A DNA stretch of 63,902 nt, filler included, from Choristocarpus tenellus KU-1152 (GCA_964200185.2; 11 parts of 11 records of this genome joined end to end with filler, not necessarily neighbours in it), one strand, 5' to 3'; counted from the first letter of the whole stretch, positions 10,042 to 23,238 are shown. Program-made: numbers and translations. Notes: generated by a model not told the origin, from the letters alone.

Positions 10042-12468
10042 CATTGTCGTCGTCGCCGTCGTCATCTTCCCCCCGCCCCCCCGGCCCCAACCAACGCCTC
10101 CCTCCTCCCACTCTATTCCGTCTTCATCGCTGTCAACATCGACCGGAGGGTCCCCTGCTGGTGTAGCTGCACCCTGTTGTGGCATAACGCCTTCCTCCAC
10201 ATCAACATTGCTGCCCCCAACATCTCTTTTCTCCCCCTCCCCCTCCAAATGAACCCTTGCAGCCTGCTGGTGAACCGGCGTGAACCCCGAGGCAAGTCCT
10301 GCATCAGCGGCAGCATCTTTGTCGGAGCCTCCTGTATATCTTCGTTCCTGGGACTTCAGCAACGCCTAGAGTTGCCAAGGGGTGGGGGGTGGGGGGGGAA
10401 AGGGGGCCGAGGATTTCGCCACGATTGGCGTTTGGGCTACACATGGACCCTACCGCAGAGGGGAGTAATTCGAGTGAGAACAGAATGTTCTTCCAACTAT
10501 TCTCGGGGCGATGACTAGCCCCCTTGCCCCCTACACTTTGTCCTTCCGCACAAAACCGGGTCCCACCGCGACCGTCCTCTTCTCGACGTGAACCCAACTC
10601 GAATGTCCAATACGTAAGAGCCAACCCTAACCCTTAACTACCTGTTTGCCGCATGTCATATATATATGTGGGTGGAGGCCCCACCCCCCTCTCGGATCGC
10701 ATGAATTGTGCGTCCTATTATAACGGAAAAAGAGAGTTAAGTCATACAAAACTAAACAAAAATCTGTAATATACAGCTGCTGCTCCCATTCCGAATTTTT
10801 ATATTGCACTTTGAAGTCAGCAAAAAATGAAAAAAAAATCAGCACGGTGCAGCACAGGGAAGCAAATCAACGCCTGCTTGCCTTGTGCTTCTTGAGTTGA
10901 GCTGCCAGGATCCGCTGTGCCGTCTTTCGAACTGACTCCTCAGTGCCCTCTCTCCTCAGTTTCCGACGGGCTGCTAATGTGCGACTTTTGAGGGCAGGGG
11001 CACCCCCATCAAACACAAACACCGGCCGGATGCGGTGGAATAAGAGCTTAACCTTCTCAAGGGCAAACAAAGGTGGAAGTGGAGGTGGACACAGGGAGGT
11101 GTGGAGGGAGAGCAAGAGGTTGGTTGACGATGTCGGTGTTGTGTTTCTGGCGCTGTACGAGGTGGATTAACCAATCCCAAGAATTCGATTTTGCTGGTGT
11201 TCCCTATTGATTGCTCTGTCACTGGCTTCACCAACATGTTCCCCTCCGATCTCCTGACCATCTTCGACTAAACAATTGTGGAAATAATTTCCCATCAGTT
11301 TTTACTTGACGTATCTTCCATGGATTCCTCCCAGATTCAGTAAGTCCCTAGACATGATAGTTCATCGACTAATGCGCAGCATACTGGACTAGTGTGCATC
11401 GAAAGTAAAGGAGGTAGCGTCCTCACTGGGGACTCAACAAGAGAAACAACAAGTGTGCTGATGTACTTGAAAAAGGAGGAACAAGGGTGAGCGATTAACA
11501 TGAGCTTGCTGGCGATCAGTCGAAGTCTTTCCTCTCTTAGGCAGGTAGACGGTACTGCAGCGATCTCTTCGTAGGGAATCAATGTCTCACCACGCGTCTG
11601 AGGGTGCCAATGATGTGTGCATTCTTTACCACCTTGCCATCATCGTCACGCATGGCCTTGATGAACTGGGTGAGCCAGATGCTGACATCCACCGCCAGCG
11701 TCTGTAGTACGAAAAGGGGGTATCGCAGTGTCAATTCTTAGCGCCAAGGACAGTGAACACATGACTAGCCACCTTCTTGTCTTTAGTATGACTCTCATTC
11801 CCAGGAGGTAAAAACAGCGATGTCAACAAATTAAAGGGTTGGGGCATGACCTCTGGGTTCTCAGGCGTAATGTTCACCCCGACCCGAATTTCCTTGCATC
11901 AGAGCGACGATAGCAATCCTGGGCTCCCAAACTTCGCATCCAATGATTGCATTGTCTAGTATCTCCAAGAGCCCTCGATCGCTCATTATTTTCTCCTCGG
12001 CAATATCCCTTGACTTCAAAGGCACTGCATTTTGATGCAACGATTTGATCGCTTCGTGGAAGGGAACAGAAGGCGTGAAGTGCTCCAGTTCCATGGAAAG
12101 GTAAGCGTGCTGTCTTCTTGTCCAGCACTGGTGGTATGATCTGCTACTAAGTGACTATTTCCATACTACCTTGACACCCCTCTCAGCCTCGACCTAGTCC
12201 CGCATGTATCTCTTCTAGAACATCTCTACATACCCTAACCCTACATCCTCAACCTAGAAATCCCGCATGTATATTTTCTAGAACATCTCTACATGTGGAA
12301 TCACCACTCAGAGGCTTCATGTCGAACTGTCACCAACTATGATTTGGAAATTAAAGTAACAGGTGTGTATTTTTGTCCTCCATATTTCTTTACCTTGCCC
12401 TCTAATGTTTCGATGCTGACACTCCGGCCAATGGGGCTCAGCAGTTGCCACAAGTTCTTGATACCCAT
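10042..12468 (-). CDS. XPG: XPG/RAD2 (ERCC5-like) structure-specific endonuclease, 5' exons
   Basis: Exons 12468-12394 ([25 protein letters not shown]), 11701-11591 ([37 protein letters not shown]), 11052-10882 ([30 protein letters not shown]...[10 protein letters not shown]) and about 10365-10042 (acidic spacer, [11 protein letters not shown]). XPG-N domain with in-phase splice sites; the gene runs off the contig. Confidence 0.92.
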
Positions 12469-13102
12469 CGCGAAGAGCTTACAACTATCCCCACTCCTCT
12501 AAAGGAATTGTTGGATTTTACGTTGTGTAGTTGAGGGTGGGGAGAGTGTGGTGACGGAAAACTTCAGCTAGATGGTGACAATAGTATAATTTGAAATCAA
12601 AACTTGTGTGTGTATAATATGTGACATGATAAAGATTTTAGTACGTACTACTTACTAATAGTGAAAGAGTTTACAATAATACTACATTAATATAGTAGCA
12701 ATAAAGTGGGATACTCATTAAAATCGGGAGAAAGATGTTTGTTTGCTAGCCCGATTTCTCTCTAAGGATGTCTTTACCAGTTTATTGAAATTTATTTGAA
12801 GGATTACCCCCTCTCACAACACCTCTCTACGTCTAGTTCACACAACCTGGGCGACATTTTGTGTGGCCTCCGGGAACGGCCCTGGAAGAAGGGCGACTGC
12901 CCTAACACCGGTGAAGATAAGAGTTATTGGACAAGGGGAATTGTTTTCGCCCTTGCAAATAGGGGCGAAGAAGGGATTGCCGTTTTAGTCCACTATTGAA
13001 CTGTTGTTCGCGCAAGACATCCATACTCTGCCCGCTCGGGGCCGTCGGTACTTCTTCCTTCAGCTCCGCTGAAAGCTGTTGTACTCCGTGGTCTTGGTGA
13101 AG

Positions 13103-14914
13103 ATGAACCCGGTGGTGACGCATGCCGACATCGCTGCCACTACCAGCGTCACCCGAAGGAGGACAACGGAGGGTCCCACCCCCAAACCCCGAGTGGACTG
13201 GGACGATGTAGAGGCTGCAGCGAAGCGCGAGGCTCTTATGCTACTGCAATGGCGAAGGATGAGACAAGTGAGTGGTGGGGGTGTTGTTTGTTTTATGTTG
13301 GAAAGGGAAATGGGAGACTGTCCAACTCCTGTAGCAGTGATCATCCAAGCCCTCGGTCAATCGATCTCCACCAACAGTGTTTCATGGCTTGCATAAGGCC
13401 AACTGGGCGATCTATGCGTTAATAGTGTTGGTCAAACCTTGGGTATCACTCTCTTGAGCCAATTGATATCACTCAACTTACAAATATTTCGAAGTAGTAC
13501 ACTGGATTATTTTGGAGGGATAGGGGCCTCGACGGTTATTTGAGCGTTGCGCATGTTTCAGCGCTTTCGTCGATGTGACTGGAAGTACAAACCCACAAAG
13601 GATACTAGCACCCCTCCAAAGTTCTTGTGAGGGCTGTTCTCCGCCTCAAAACTCCTGTGGGCACTGTTTTCTTGTGGGTGTATCCAGTTGTACTATAATT
13701 GGCCAGAAACTCTTTAGGTCAATACCACCACCCTCGTGCTGCAATTTTTCATCACTAAGAGTTTCCTCGGTGACTCATTGCGTGGTAATGGCAGGAGAAG
13801 GTTCATTCAATGATTCAATCTTGGGGGGGGGTTGAGGGAGACTCCAGGAAGACCAAGGGAAACTCGACCGAGAGAGTGGACAAGGAAGCCCCTGCTGTGC
13901 ACATACATCAACATTGGCTTCAACCGCCGGATCCAAAGCGAGAGACGGGTGATGGCAAGCATAAGAAACAGCCGAAAGGGGATGCTGAGGATGAGGACGT
14001 AGCCAAGCAAGGGGAACTGAATAGTGGGGCGATTGTAGGAGGTGATGAGGGGGAAGGGACAGTAAAGCAAGGAGCAGGAGAGCAAGGGGCGGAGAGTGCT
14101 GTGAGAGTTTCATATTTTGATGCTATGGAAAATCTGACGGAGGTAGGTAAATTGTGGTTGTAGGGAAGTGGGAGGGTGGGTGGGTTGGGGAAACTAGGAG
14201 TGTTTTTGTTGTCTCTGCTCCAGCCTTCATATGGTATTTGGTGGATTATGTTGGAGAGTTTCATCTTATTTTTCCTTAGCTCATGAGATAGGGTTCTACA
14301 TTATACACCCTTTGGTCGTCTGGGGAGGCTTTAGTCTGGCTTTGGGGAGCGCTTGTGGTGACTAAGAAGATCCAGATTCCTGATTTGCTTTACCATCTGT
14401 TCAAGTGCTTTGTACATATAGATGTATATCTATAGATCTGGGTAACTATATGTACAGTATGTTGAAGCAATTTTTTCAAGAGTCTAGTATTTTAGAGAGC
14501 AAGAGGAAGAGTAACATTTTCTGCTCTCACTGACTGCTCTTGTAATAGATGTTTGGGAAATATCACACTTGTTACCATTGTCCCTAGCGATAATCCTGTG
14601 TCATTGTCCTGCTAGTTGGCTTTTTAGATAGTAACACTTCGTTATTTAAATAATACCACTGCTAGTGTAGGTTAATTTTTTTTGGAGTGTTTAGTGCGCG
14701 AGACCATGGTTGAGAAGGGTGATGGGGATTTTGACCAACTGCCACAAATTAGCCCCTGGAGTCAGACTTATCTCACTTTATACTATTTATTACGTGTGTA
14801 CAGGAAGTTTATTGATGTTCTTCATTACTTGAAGCGGGATGATACACTGGCACGAAAATAAATGCAAAAACCACCCGAGTCTTCCACCAAAAGGGGCGTG
14901 TATCTTAATATTTT

Positions 14915-14952
<38 letters not shown>

Positions 14953-15731
14953 TTTTTTTTTCTACGGCTGGGTCGATGCTGATTCCCCTCCCCCCCATCC
15001 CGACCCACACCCGCTTCAACTTACGTGTCACTCCTCTTTGTAGCAGAATGCTGTTCCTAGGGGGAATGATGCGACTGTTGGGGTCACCCCAGTCCCTTCG
15101 TTTTCAACTGTTACACAGTCGTATCAAATGCCGCCCATGTCATCCACGGAGCAACCAAAGGAATATCGGCAGGAAAAGCGGGAGCTTTTATCGCCACCGC
15201 ACAGCCGTCAGCCTCCCAAGAAGAGGGCAAAAAGAGAACGGTTGTTACAGGAGAAGGACCGGCTGGTGGTAGGGAAGGACCAGCCATGGGCATTGGCTGC
15301 ACCACCTGATGGATCAACCGTGCCCTTATTCGGGACAGAGAGGGGATCAGAACAAGGAGATCAAGTTGCAGGTGAGGATTGAGGGGGAGGGGGTGAGGAG
15401 GTGAAATGGACAGTGCCTTCTTGGAGACAGATCATGCTCAGGGCTTGCTTTGCGTTCACCCGTCTTAGGTTTTGGGAGGCTTAGAGCGGAGGAAGGCGTG
15501 AAGGATGGGTGTCAAGAAAAGAGTAGTAGCACGAACAAGAAGGTGACTGGGTGTGGTTGGGTGGCAGGTGGAGGGGGGGATTTGGGGGAAGGGGCTAGGG
15601 ACAGTGGTGAGGTGGAGAAGGAACAAGGGGGAGGGGGGAACACAATTGTGGGGGAAGGGGCAGAAAAGGCGATGATGACGGCGATGGCAGCAGTGGGGCT
15701 AGCCATGGATGAGGGGAGCATGCTCCTTAAG
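13103..15731 (+). CDS. Hypothetical low-complexity protein, multi-exon, divergent from XPG
   Basis: Coding-like segments ending in donors: 13103-13267 (GTGAGT), about 13790-14141 (GTAGGT), about 15043-15371 (GTGAGG) and about 15470-15731 (GTGAGA). No recognisable domain. Confidence 0.45.
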
Positions 15732-16732
15732 GTGAGAGTGACTGACTTTTGATGCCGGAGATGGACATGACATGTGCCTAAGGTTTGTAGTTAGTAGGAC
15801 AGCAAATGCATTTTGAGTTTAACTGTGTTGTATGTTTTTTACTGATTGTTTAAATGAGGGTGCTAAAAAAGAATCGCCAAGAGCTTTCTTGCAAAGTTGC
15901 GCTGTACAGCTGACCGCAACCTGCACCTATCTATTTTGCTGCATCTGATGCAACTTCTGGGCCTGCTCTTTCATCTTTAAGCTGTGCATCTCGCCCACAA
16001 GATATTTTTGTGTTGATTGTTGCCTTGGTATTGAAGTGTGTGTGGACTAGTTCCTGAAGAAGCAGGTATTGCTATCTATATTCTTACCTACTGGAACTAC
16101 TCTCTCTCTCCCCCCTCCCCCCCCCCCTTAATCCCAAGCGCCTGGTACAAAAAAAAGGAATGATAGGGTCTTACTACTGTTGTTGGGTCTGGCAGGTGCC
16201 TCAATTGTAGAAGGGAGTACAGTCCTTCATTTTTGTTCTAGCATCAATTGAGGTATTGTACCTTCATCTCGGTGGGCAAGTAAGCATGAAGAAATTTATA
16301 ATAGTGACAAAAAAAAAAAATGCTTGAGTAAATTTGGTGTACGAGTTTGACAATTTAAGGTATTCCCAACGAAATAAAATGGAAAGGAACCGATGTAGAG
16401 ACCTATTTAGAGACCAATTTAGAGACCTATGTCAAAGCTTTTAAGACACACACACAAGAAGCACACAGGTCATGGTCCACTGGCCGTGAAGCTAGCCCAA
16501 CAACGAAGTGTTTGCTCTTGCAGGCTAGAAACGGATTGTGTTGGGGGACTCCCCAAGTAGATACTGTTTTTGTGTCATGTATAGGATTTTTTTGGTAACA
16601 AGGAACTTGCTCTGGTGTGTCTGGTGTTGTTGATAATAGGTTTGTACTAATAGTGGTAGGGGCGTGTTGTAACTTTTTTTTTGGGGGGGGAGGGGGTTAT
16701 GGACGCGAGGAAGGATTTGCAAGTCATTGGAC

Positions 16733-16918
16733 ATAATTATGGTACATAATTTTATATTTTTATTGGAAGTAATATTTATGGTACATAATTTTATATTTTT
16801 ATTAGAAGTAATAATTATGGTATATAATTTTATATTTTTATTAGAAGTAATAATTAGTATATTATTTTTTCTTTTTATTGGAAATAATTGTGGTATATAA
16901 TTTCAAAATTTATTGGAA
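16733..16918. repeat. AT-rich minisatellite, about 39-bp unit, 4-5 copies
   Basis: Repeated ATAATTATGGTACATAATTTTATATTTTTATTAGAAGTA-like unit. Confidence 0.85.
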
Positions 16919-17817
16919 TCAGGTATTGTTCTTGGTGTAGAAGCAATTTGTGGATATTGGCTTCACCGATCGATTTTATTTCACATTCCAATTTCCGACA
17001 AGTCCTGCCTCGTGTCCGTAACTCACAAACATAGAAGTATGACCCCATGTAGCTAAGACATGGCCTAAATAGTCATGTTCCTTACTGGTAGTGCAACAGA
17101 GTTTCTTTTGTTTAGTTCTGATAAAATAAATATATATATATAGACCAGTATATGAGGAACTGAAATGTTTTTAATAGCTTGATGTGATAGAGGGAGTGTT
17201 GAATATACTGTAAGTGGTAGCTCACTAGGGGGGGGGTTGAAACGGCAATTGTTTAGGCACTTCTTAACAATAGGAAAGGAAAAACTTTGAATCAAGTTCA
17301 GTAATATTTTTACAATTAAAATATATTCCAACACTTGCAAGAATTCCCCCCCCCCCTTTTTTTAGTGTCCCTTTGAAGAACATTTTTCTCAATACTCGGA
17401 AAATTTGTTTTTTGATGGAGGATGTAAGTGTGGAGCATGCCATTCGCATCGACATTTTTTTTGCCCTTGAACATAGTTCGAACTGTGTAGTTTATCCTGA
17501 TTTATAACTGAACAATTCGTCCTCAACTAGATTTTTGCTTGGTAATCGCATTGTTCCAAAGACTCTGTGAAAGTAGTCCTTATTGATACTATCATTAGCA
17601 GCACAGGAGTTAATTGGGATGCAAAAGTGGACCTAATATAGGTGCCCGGCTTCTTAATCCCCCCAGCACACCGCCGCCCCCCCCCCCCCCCCACCCCCCC
17701 CCCCCCCCCCCCCCCCCNNNNNNNNNNNNNNNNNNNNNNNNNNNNNNNNNNNNNNNNNNNNTTAATTAATTAANNNNNNNNNNNNNNNNNNNNNNNNNNN
17801 NNNNNNNNNNNNNNNNN

Positions 17818-17863
17818 GTGGACAAACAGGGCAAAACTCGTACCCTCTAAGATACTTTCACTC
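17818..17863 (+). mobile_element. MITE family 1, right end (contig edge)
   Basis: GGACAAACAGGGCAAAACTCGTACCCTCTAAGATACTTTCACTC, as at the end of the 24298-24556 copy. Confidence 0.85.
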
Positions 17864-17879
17864 TATATGACACAGTTTT

Positions 17880-19900
17880 CATGTATATTTTATTGTTATG
17901 CCCTCTTACATTTTGCAGATGTGTCAGGGAAAAAATAACCAAACCTATTCACATGTCCCAATACCCCCGAAAAAGTAACAGTTGTCATAAATGTGAGAAA
18001 CATTAATCTATTCACTATTTTACTACCAGATAAGCTACACCGTTCCCTTCCTGTGCCTCTAACCTAGCTTAGTCCTATACTCCCGGGTGAGGGGCTAGGG
18101 GAGTATCCTGCGAATCTAACAAGCCCCACCTTGCCCATCTCCCTAGTGTCTCCAGCTTAAAATGCAAGACCTATCTGGATACAGCTACCTGCGTTGTGAT
18201 AGAAACCATCTGTTGTAGACAGGATTTGACAACCCCCTTCCTGCTATAACCTCCTGTCACTCTCCCCCCTATCGCGTGTGTAGGCAGTTCATCCAGAAAA
18301 CGTTCCGTTTGCTTGCCAAGGCGCCCAAAACTTTCCATCGTGAAGGTGTTGAGGTTACAAATACGAGGGTCAAAAGAGTCCCCATAGTGGGTGTGCTTTC
18401 GTGCCTCAGCTGCAGCAGCAGCTACACCATTGCCGCGTGATGAGTGGGGAAGGTGGGAGGTTGCCTGCACTTCTGCAAACATAACATCTGGCAGGAGGCC
18501 TTTGTCCCAGTAGGGGGCTCATCGGGCATGCACAAGTGCCCCTGCATGGAAGACCAGATCCATGTAAGAGTTCCTGTCCACAGTGAAGGGGCTACCGTCC
18601 TCCATAGTGCAAGGGATGCCCATTCCTCTGCATAGTTGACTGAGACGTTTCACCATAGGGATATGTTGTCGGACCTGGCCTCCTGCCCTGGGACAGGTAC
18701 GGGCTTGTCTGGTGTCAACATTTTTCCTCCTGCACCCAGACACTGTACGCCTGTTAGGAAGGACCTCCTCCCTCCCAAACCCTAGGGATCTATCTTCTGT
18801 CGGTGAGTTTGAACTTTGGGGGGGGGATCTGGCATGTCGGCTCCGCTGGTTGTGTTGAGGTCCATGCATTACCCCTTGTCCACACTGTCTCTGGTGGCGT
18901 GCTAGGGCTAGGGAGGAACTTCCCTTCCCCTGTTCCACTTCAGTTGGTAAGCTAGCTAATTGTGTCCGAAAGGAGTCAACACGAATCCTGTTCAGGACGC
19001 GAGTGATCTCATGTTGGGCCCTCCTTGTGATCCTGAGGTCATGGGCTGCCAGAATGTGGACCTCCGGGACAGGTGTGGGAGATGTTCCCACCCAGTTTAC
19101 CCAGTCTTGGCCAATGGTTTCTGCTAGGTCTTCTTGGAGGACACCTGTAGAGAGGAGGGTGTGGACGGACGATCCCAAGGCCCGTACTCTGGGGCTCGCA
19201 CAAACGACTTGCGAGAAGGACTGACCCTTTTTGCCTTGCTAGGAGGGTGGGGAGAGCGGCCACTAGTGATCCTATGAATGTTGCGTGTTGTTGGTGCTTC
19301 ATAGAGGAGAGGCTCAACCCCCTCCTCTTGTGGGGATCTGTCTCTGCGCTTGTTAGCGGGTCTCTAGGTGGAGAGACCCATTGTTGCACCCCCTCTCAAG
19401 ACTATCTGTCGCCTCTGTCGAGTCTGCTACCTCCATGGCCTTCTCTAGTGTCCATAACGAGGTGTTGTCTGCTTGCTCCATGGTGGAGTGTGCCAGTTGA
19501 GGGGGAGTGACCTTCGCCAGATAGCCTAGGCGGGAGGAGAGGGATCAGGAGTTGAGGAGCCAGGCCACCTGTTTGTCCTCCATCTCGCTGAGGTGTGTGG
19601 ACAAGGTTCGTGATCTAGAGCTCTCGATCACCTCAGTCATATGGGCTTGGATAAATCCATTTGTTCCCACAGGAGCCCCCAATCTAACAAATCCATTTGG
19701 GGTTCTTGGCTAGGTTGATTCCCGCTGTAGAAAGAAGCTCCAGTTCTGAGGGCGTGGGTTGGTGGCCCTGGAGAGGTGTGGCAAACGTCTTGTCCATATT
19801 CAGGGCAATGCCTACTCATGAAGATCAGTTTTTAATTGCTCGAAAGCAGAGCAATAGTGTTGGGGCCGGTCTCCCTTCCCGAAATGGATGTGTCATCCAG
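17880..19900 (-). mobile_element. 5'-truncated CRE-like non-LTR retrotransposon (RT C-terminus, Zn knuckle, restriction-like endonuclease)
   Basis: GFVRLGAPVGT (late RT domain) at about 19680; decayed Zn motif GCRRKNVDTRQARTCPRAGGQVRQH; RLE region MDLV...DV...AEARKHTHY...FTMESFGRLG. The 3' end is shared with 54770-55135. Confidence 0.8.
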
Positions 19901-19909
19901 ATAGCTTCA

Positions 19910-20053
19910 GGACGAAACCCCCTGAATTTCCATGTAGCAATTTTTGAGTGATTTGGTTGCATGTGTCAGATGGATAATGCAAGTGCACCTTTCCTGATCA
20001 GGGTCCAAATGGACACCCTACGGTAGACCCCCCCTCCCCAGATACTTTGAGCC
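19910..20053 (-). mobile_element. MITE family 2 copy (partial)
   Basis: Ends CCCCAGATACTTTGAGCC; its internal sequence is the reverse complement of that in 20247-20426 and 63700-63810. Confidence 0.7.
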
Positions 20054-20246
20054 AATGCTGCAGAAGAGGTAGTGGCCATAGCTGATGCAACACCTTACAA
20101 GGACTCGTCCTTGCATGGAAAGCGTGTGTTCCTGGCAAGAGGTCTTGAATCAATTGTTATGATGCATTCACGGCAGAGCAACTCTGATGGTGCAGACCAG
20201 CTGTGATGTCTCATTATTGTTGCGTGAGTTAAAACATAGTTTTACT

Positions 20247-20426
20247 GACCCAAAGTATCTGAAGGGGGGGGGGGAATCTACGCGAGGGTGTCCTTTTGGG
20301 TCAAAATCAGGAAAAGTGTAATTACATTATCCATCCGACGTCCGCAACCAAATCACCCAAAAATCGTGACATGAAAAAATTGACCCCAAATGGACAGCCA
20401 CCACCCCCCGCCAGATACGCTGAGCC
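20247..20426 (+). mobile_element. MITE family 2 copy
   Basis: TIRs GACCCAAAGTATCTG...CAGATACGCTGAGCC; internal homology to 63700-63810. Confidence 0.7.
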
Positions 20427-22405
20427 GCCGTTCAACCTAAGGTTCCCCCAAGTAAACCACATCAACCGAACGTAATGAGAACATTGTGGCCATCTCACCT
20501 TCTTGCATCAACTGAACCAAAATCTCCAAGAAGGAAAATGTTTCCAGATATCTACCCTGAAATTGGAATTCAGCAAACTGTACTGGAATTGGTAGCAACT
20601 CCAACTTCGGATATTTCTGTACAATTCTATTCAGTATGACTTCACCGATAAAATGATTGTGTGCTTTGCTAATCATTTTTGTCTTGCTTTCCACGAACCT
20701 GTCCTGTAATCACGAAAAATATTGTGCATCATAACATTCGCCAATCACATACACAAGCAAGCTTAATTATATTATTCTCCTTAAAGATGTTCATATTGTG
20801 TTTGTTTACGAGCTCGTTTAAAATACTTTATTTCATACTGTTACACTTCAAATAACAATGATAGGAGAGGGAGGTTTTGCCCCTACTTCCTAGTCCCGAA
20901 TCATGCTCATTTACCATCCCTGTGTCCTGCCATGAACATGCCAACATACCTGTAAAATATATCACCATTGCTCTTCTCCGACCAGAAACTGCAAGAAAGT
21001 GGTAAAAAGGTAATTTCACCAAATAGGAAAAGCAATTCAAACTCAACACAACAGCCAAAACACGTATCTCTCACTTACTCTGACTCCTTCATTGCCCCTT
21101 GTGGCAAAGGGGAGAGTACCATGATACGTGTAGATACAGGAGTACGATAGGCAGAAAACTTTGGTGATGATGAGATATAGTTTGCACTGCACTGATGAAA
21201 CCCCTTGATTATTGATTCAACTAGTTGGTGATAATAGAATAACTCCTAAAATGAAGTCTCCTCTATGACATGGTTGATCCATTACCATTCGAATACATGA
21301 AATAGATTTTATGAAGAAGACACTCTGCCTACACCAACCACAGCCACTCTTCTATCAATATGTTGAAACTCGACTATGAAAAATTACATACCGGGTAAGA
21401 CAAAACCAACTGCCAGACAAACAAGAAGTCTAACTGAAAGGGCACCCAGAAAAATACCCTAATTGTTCCAATCTTCATGTCGCACACAAGCGCGAGATCT
21501 CACTCCCCTCAGGTCAAAATTGGTTTCCATCACACAGTAATGGGACGTTCAATAAGCCTCTTTCGCCAAGTCCAGCCTTGCCCACCAGATAATCGTCTTC
21601 ACCGTACGGTCTTCGTCAATAATTTATAGAGCTACCTTTTGCAGTTGCAGACAAGTCATGTCATAGGTATGCCTTCGTTGCTCCCTTACTTCTGAACCCC
21701 CTTGCCACCAAACTCTAACCCTAACCCTAAACACCTACTAACCATCACAAAATCGCTTCCTCATCCGGAAATTTCCCCTCGTGCCAAGACTAACAACTTA
21801 GTCCATGAAGGTGTTAGCGTTAGACTCTACACGGATCAAAATATTCCCTTGTAGTGGTTTGCACTCTTGTTATGGTCTTGTTGCCTCGTACACAATTCGA
21901 TTTTTTTCATTCTTTCAGAAATGGATCGAACTTGAAACTGCTCTACTTACCACCATTAGGCTGGTATCAATGAGTGGGTCTCCATTCTCTAAAGTTGGGC
22001 TCGACTCCAATAGCTGCATTCTGTGACCTCAAAAGATAGACCATCCTGCCTATGCTGCTCAAAAAAATTCCCACAAACAAATTTGCATTGACCAGCTGCT
22101 GCATATCAACAAGGAGGTACACAGTGCTCCAGTAGGTCTGCAGTTTTTGAGGTAGAAGTTAGATTTGGATACAGCACCGGAACTAAGGTTAACACTGATC
22201 CAAGAGCACAAGCCTACAAATTCAGACAAGCAGAAGTCATGTGTATGGATGGGAGTAGTGAACAAACAACCCCTGGGCTGAATCTCTCATACAGATAAAG
22301 GTGTAAAAGGCCCAGCAGCACCTACCTGCCTTGTTTAAGCTAGTTAATAAACAGAGTTGGTCCTACAGTGCCCAATATGGGTCTACTCTGCTACTTCAAC
22401 CGCAC

Positions 22406-22837
22406 CTGAATATAACCCTGTGTAGGAATGTTCATTTTTTTCTCGAATTCTCCAGTCCCTGCCGATATGTAGACAATATCTACAACAGATTCAAAGAATT
22501 TCGGGGCCAGCTCCTTGACTTCTTCCACCACATTCAGGTCGTCTGAGGCTACATGTATGCCTAGAACTTCTGCAGGCAATGGAGTCCGTCTTCCGCTGCA
22601 TTCTGCAGGAAGATTGCCCGCATGACTATAAACAGATTTATTGAGATACGCAAATGCCTCTTCCAGGTACACCTTGGTCTCAATCAGTTTCGCTTCACGA
22701 ATTAGCTTGTCCCCACGTCTGATGTGCAAACCAATGAATGGACCTTGGCGTACGCCAGTAGGCAAGGTGTCCACAAGCATCTGTATATCATCTATTACCC
22801 AAGGTTGAAAATTGTTCCAGATGTGATGAACCAAAGC
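22406..22837 (-). CDS. Exon of an alpha-1,6-fucosyltransferase-like (GT23, FUT8/NodZ family) gene
   Basis: 432-nt phase-0 exon (CAG|GCT...CAG|GTGCGG) encoding PFIGLHIRRGDKLIREAK (GDP-fucose-binding motif I) and IHVASDD (motif II). Confidence 0.8.
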
Positions 22838-22896
22838 CTGGACACAAAGAACGGAGCAATAAGGGGTAAGTTCGGCACTGTATACTTAGTGGTAGT

Positions 22897-22958
22897 TGTT
22901 GAAACCTGAATCGAATGCATTGTATATGATACATAGACTACGAAGGAAGAGGAATCAT
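22897..22958 (+). mobile_element. Terminus of the same young LTR-like element as 1-75, intronic, at a contig edge
   Basis: 61/62 identity to the reverse complement of 14-75; starts TGTTGAAAC. Confidence 0.65.
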
Positions 22959-23058
22959 NNNNNNNNNNNNNNNNNNNNNNNNNNNNNNNNNNNNNNNNNN
23001 NNTTAATTAATTAANNNNNNNNNNNNNNNNNNNNNNNNNNNNNNNNNNNNNNNNNNNN

Positions 23059-23238
23059 CCATCGTGTTTGTTAGGAAGTGTCAATATCCATGTTCTGGAC
23101 ACACCTTTTCATAATATATACATTTTACCTACTCTGAAACATTTTGGAGTAGGAAATGTCACTAAAAAACCCATGGGAAGCTAAGCCCCAAAATGGACAA
23201 ACAGGGCAAAACTCGTACCCTCTAAGATACTTTCACTC
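23059..23238 (+). mobile_element. MITE family 1, partial (contig edge)
   Basis: Colinear with about 24378-24556; ends TACCCTCTAAGATACTTTCACTC. Confidence 0.85.

Noticed and set aside
11337-12128. Short ORFs inside XPG introns
   Set aside because: No motifs; most likely chance ORFs or decayed repeats.
20437-20703. Possible terminal exon (RIVQKYPKLELLPIPVQFAEF...)
   Set aside because: It has an acceptor-like site but no recognisable homology or link to the GT23 exon.
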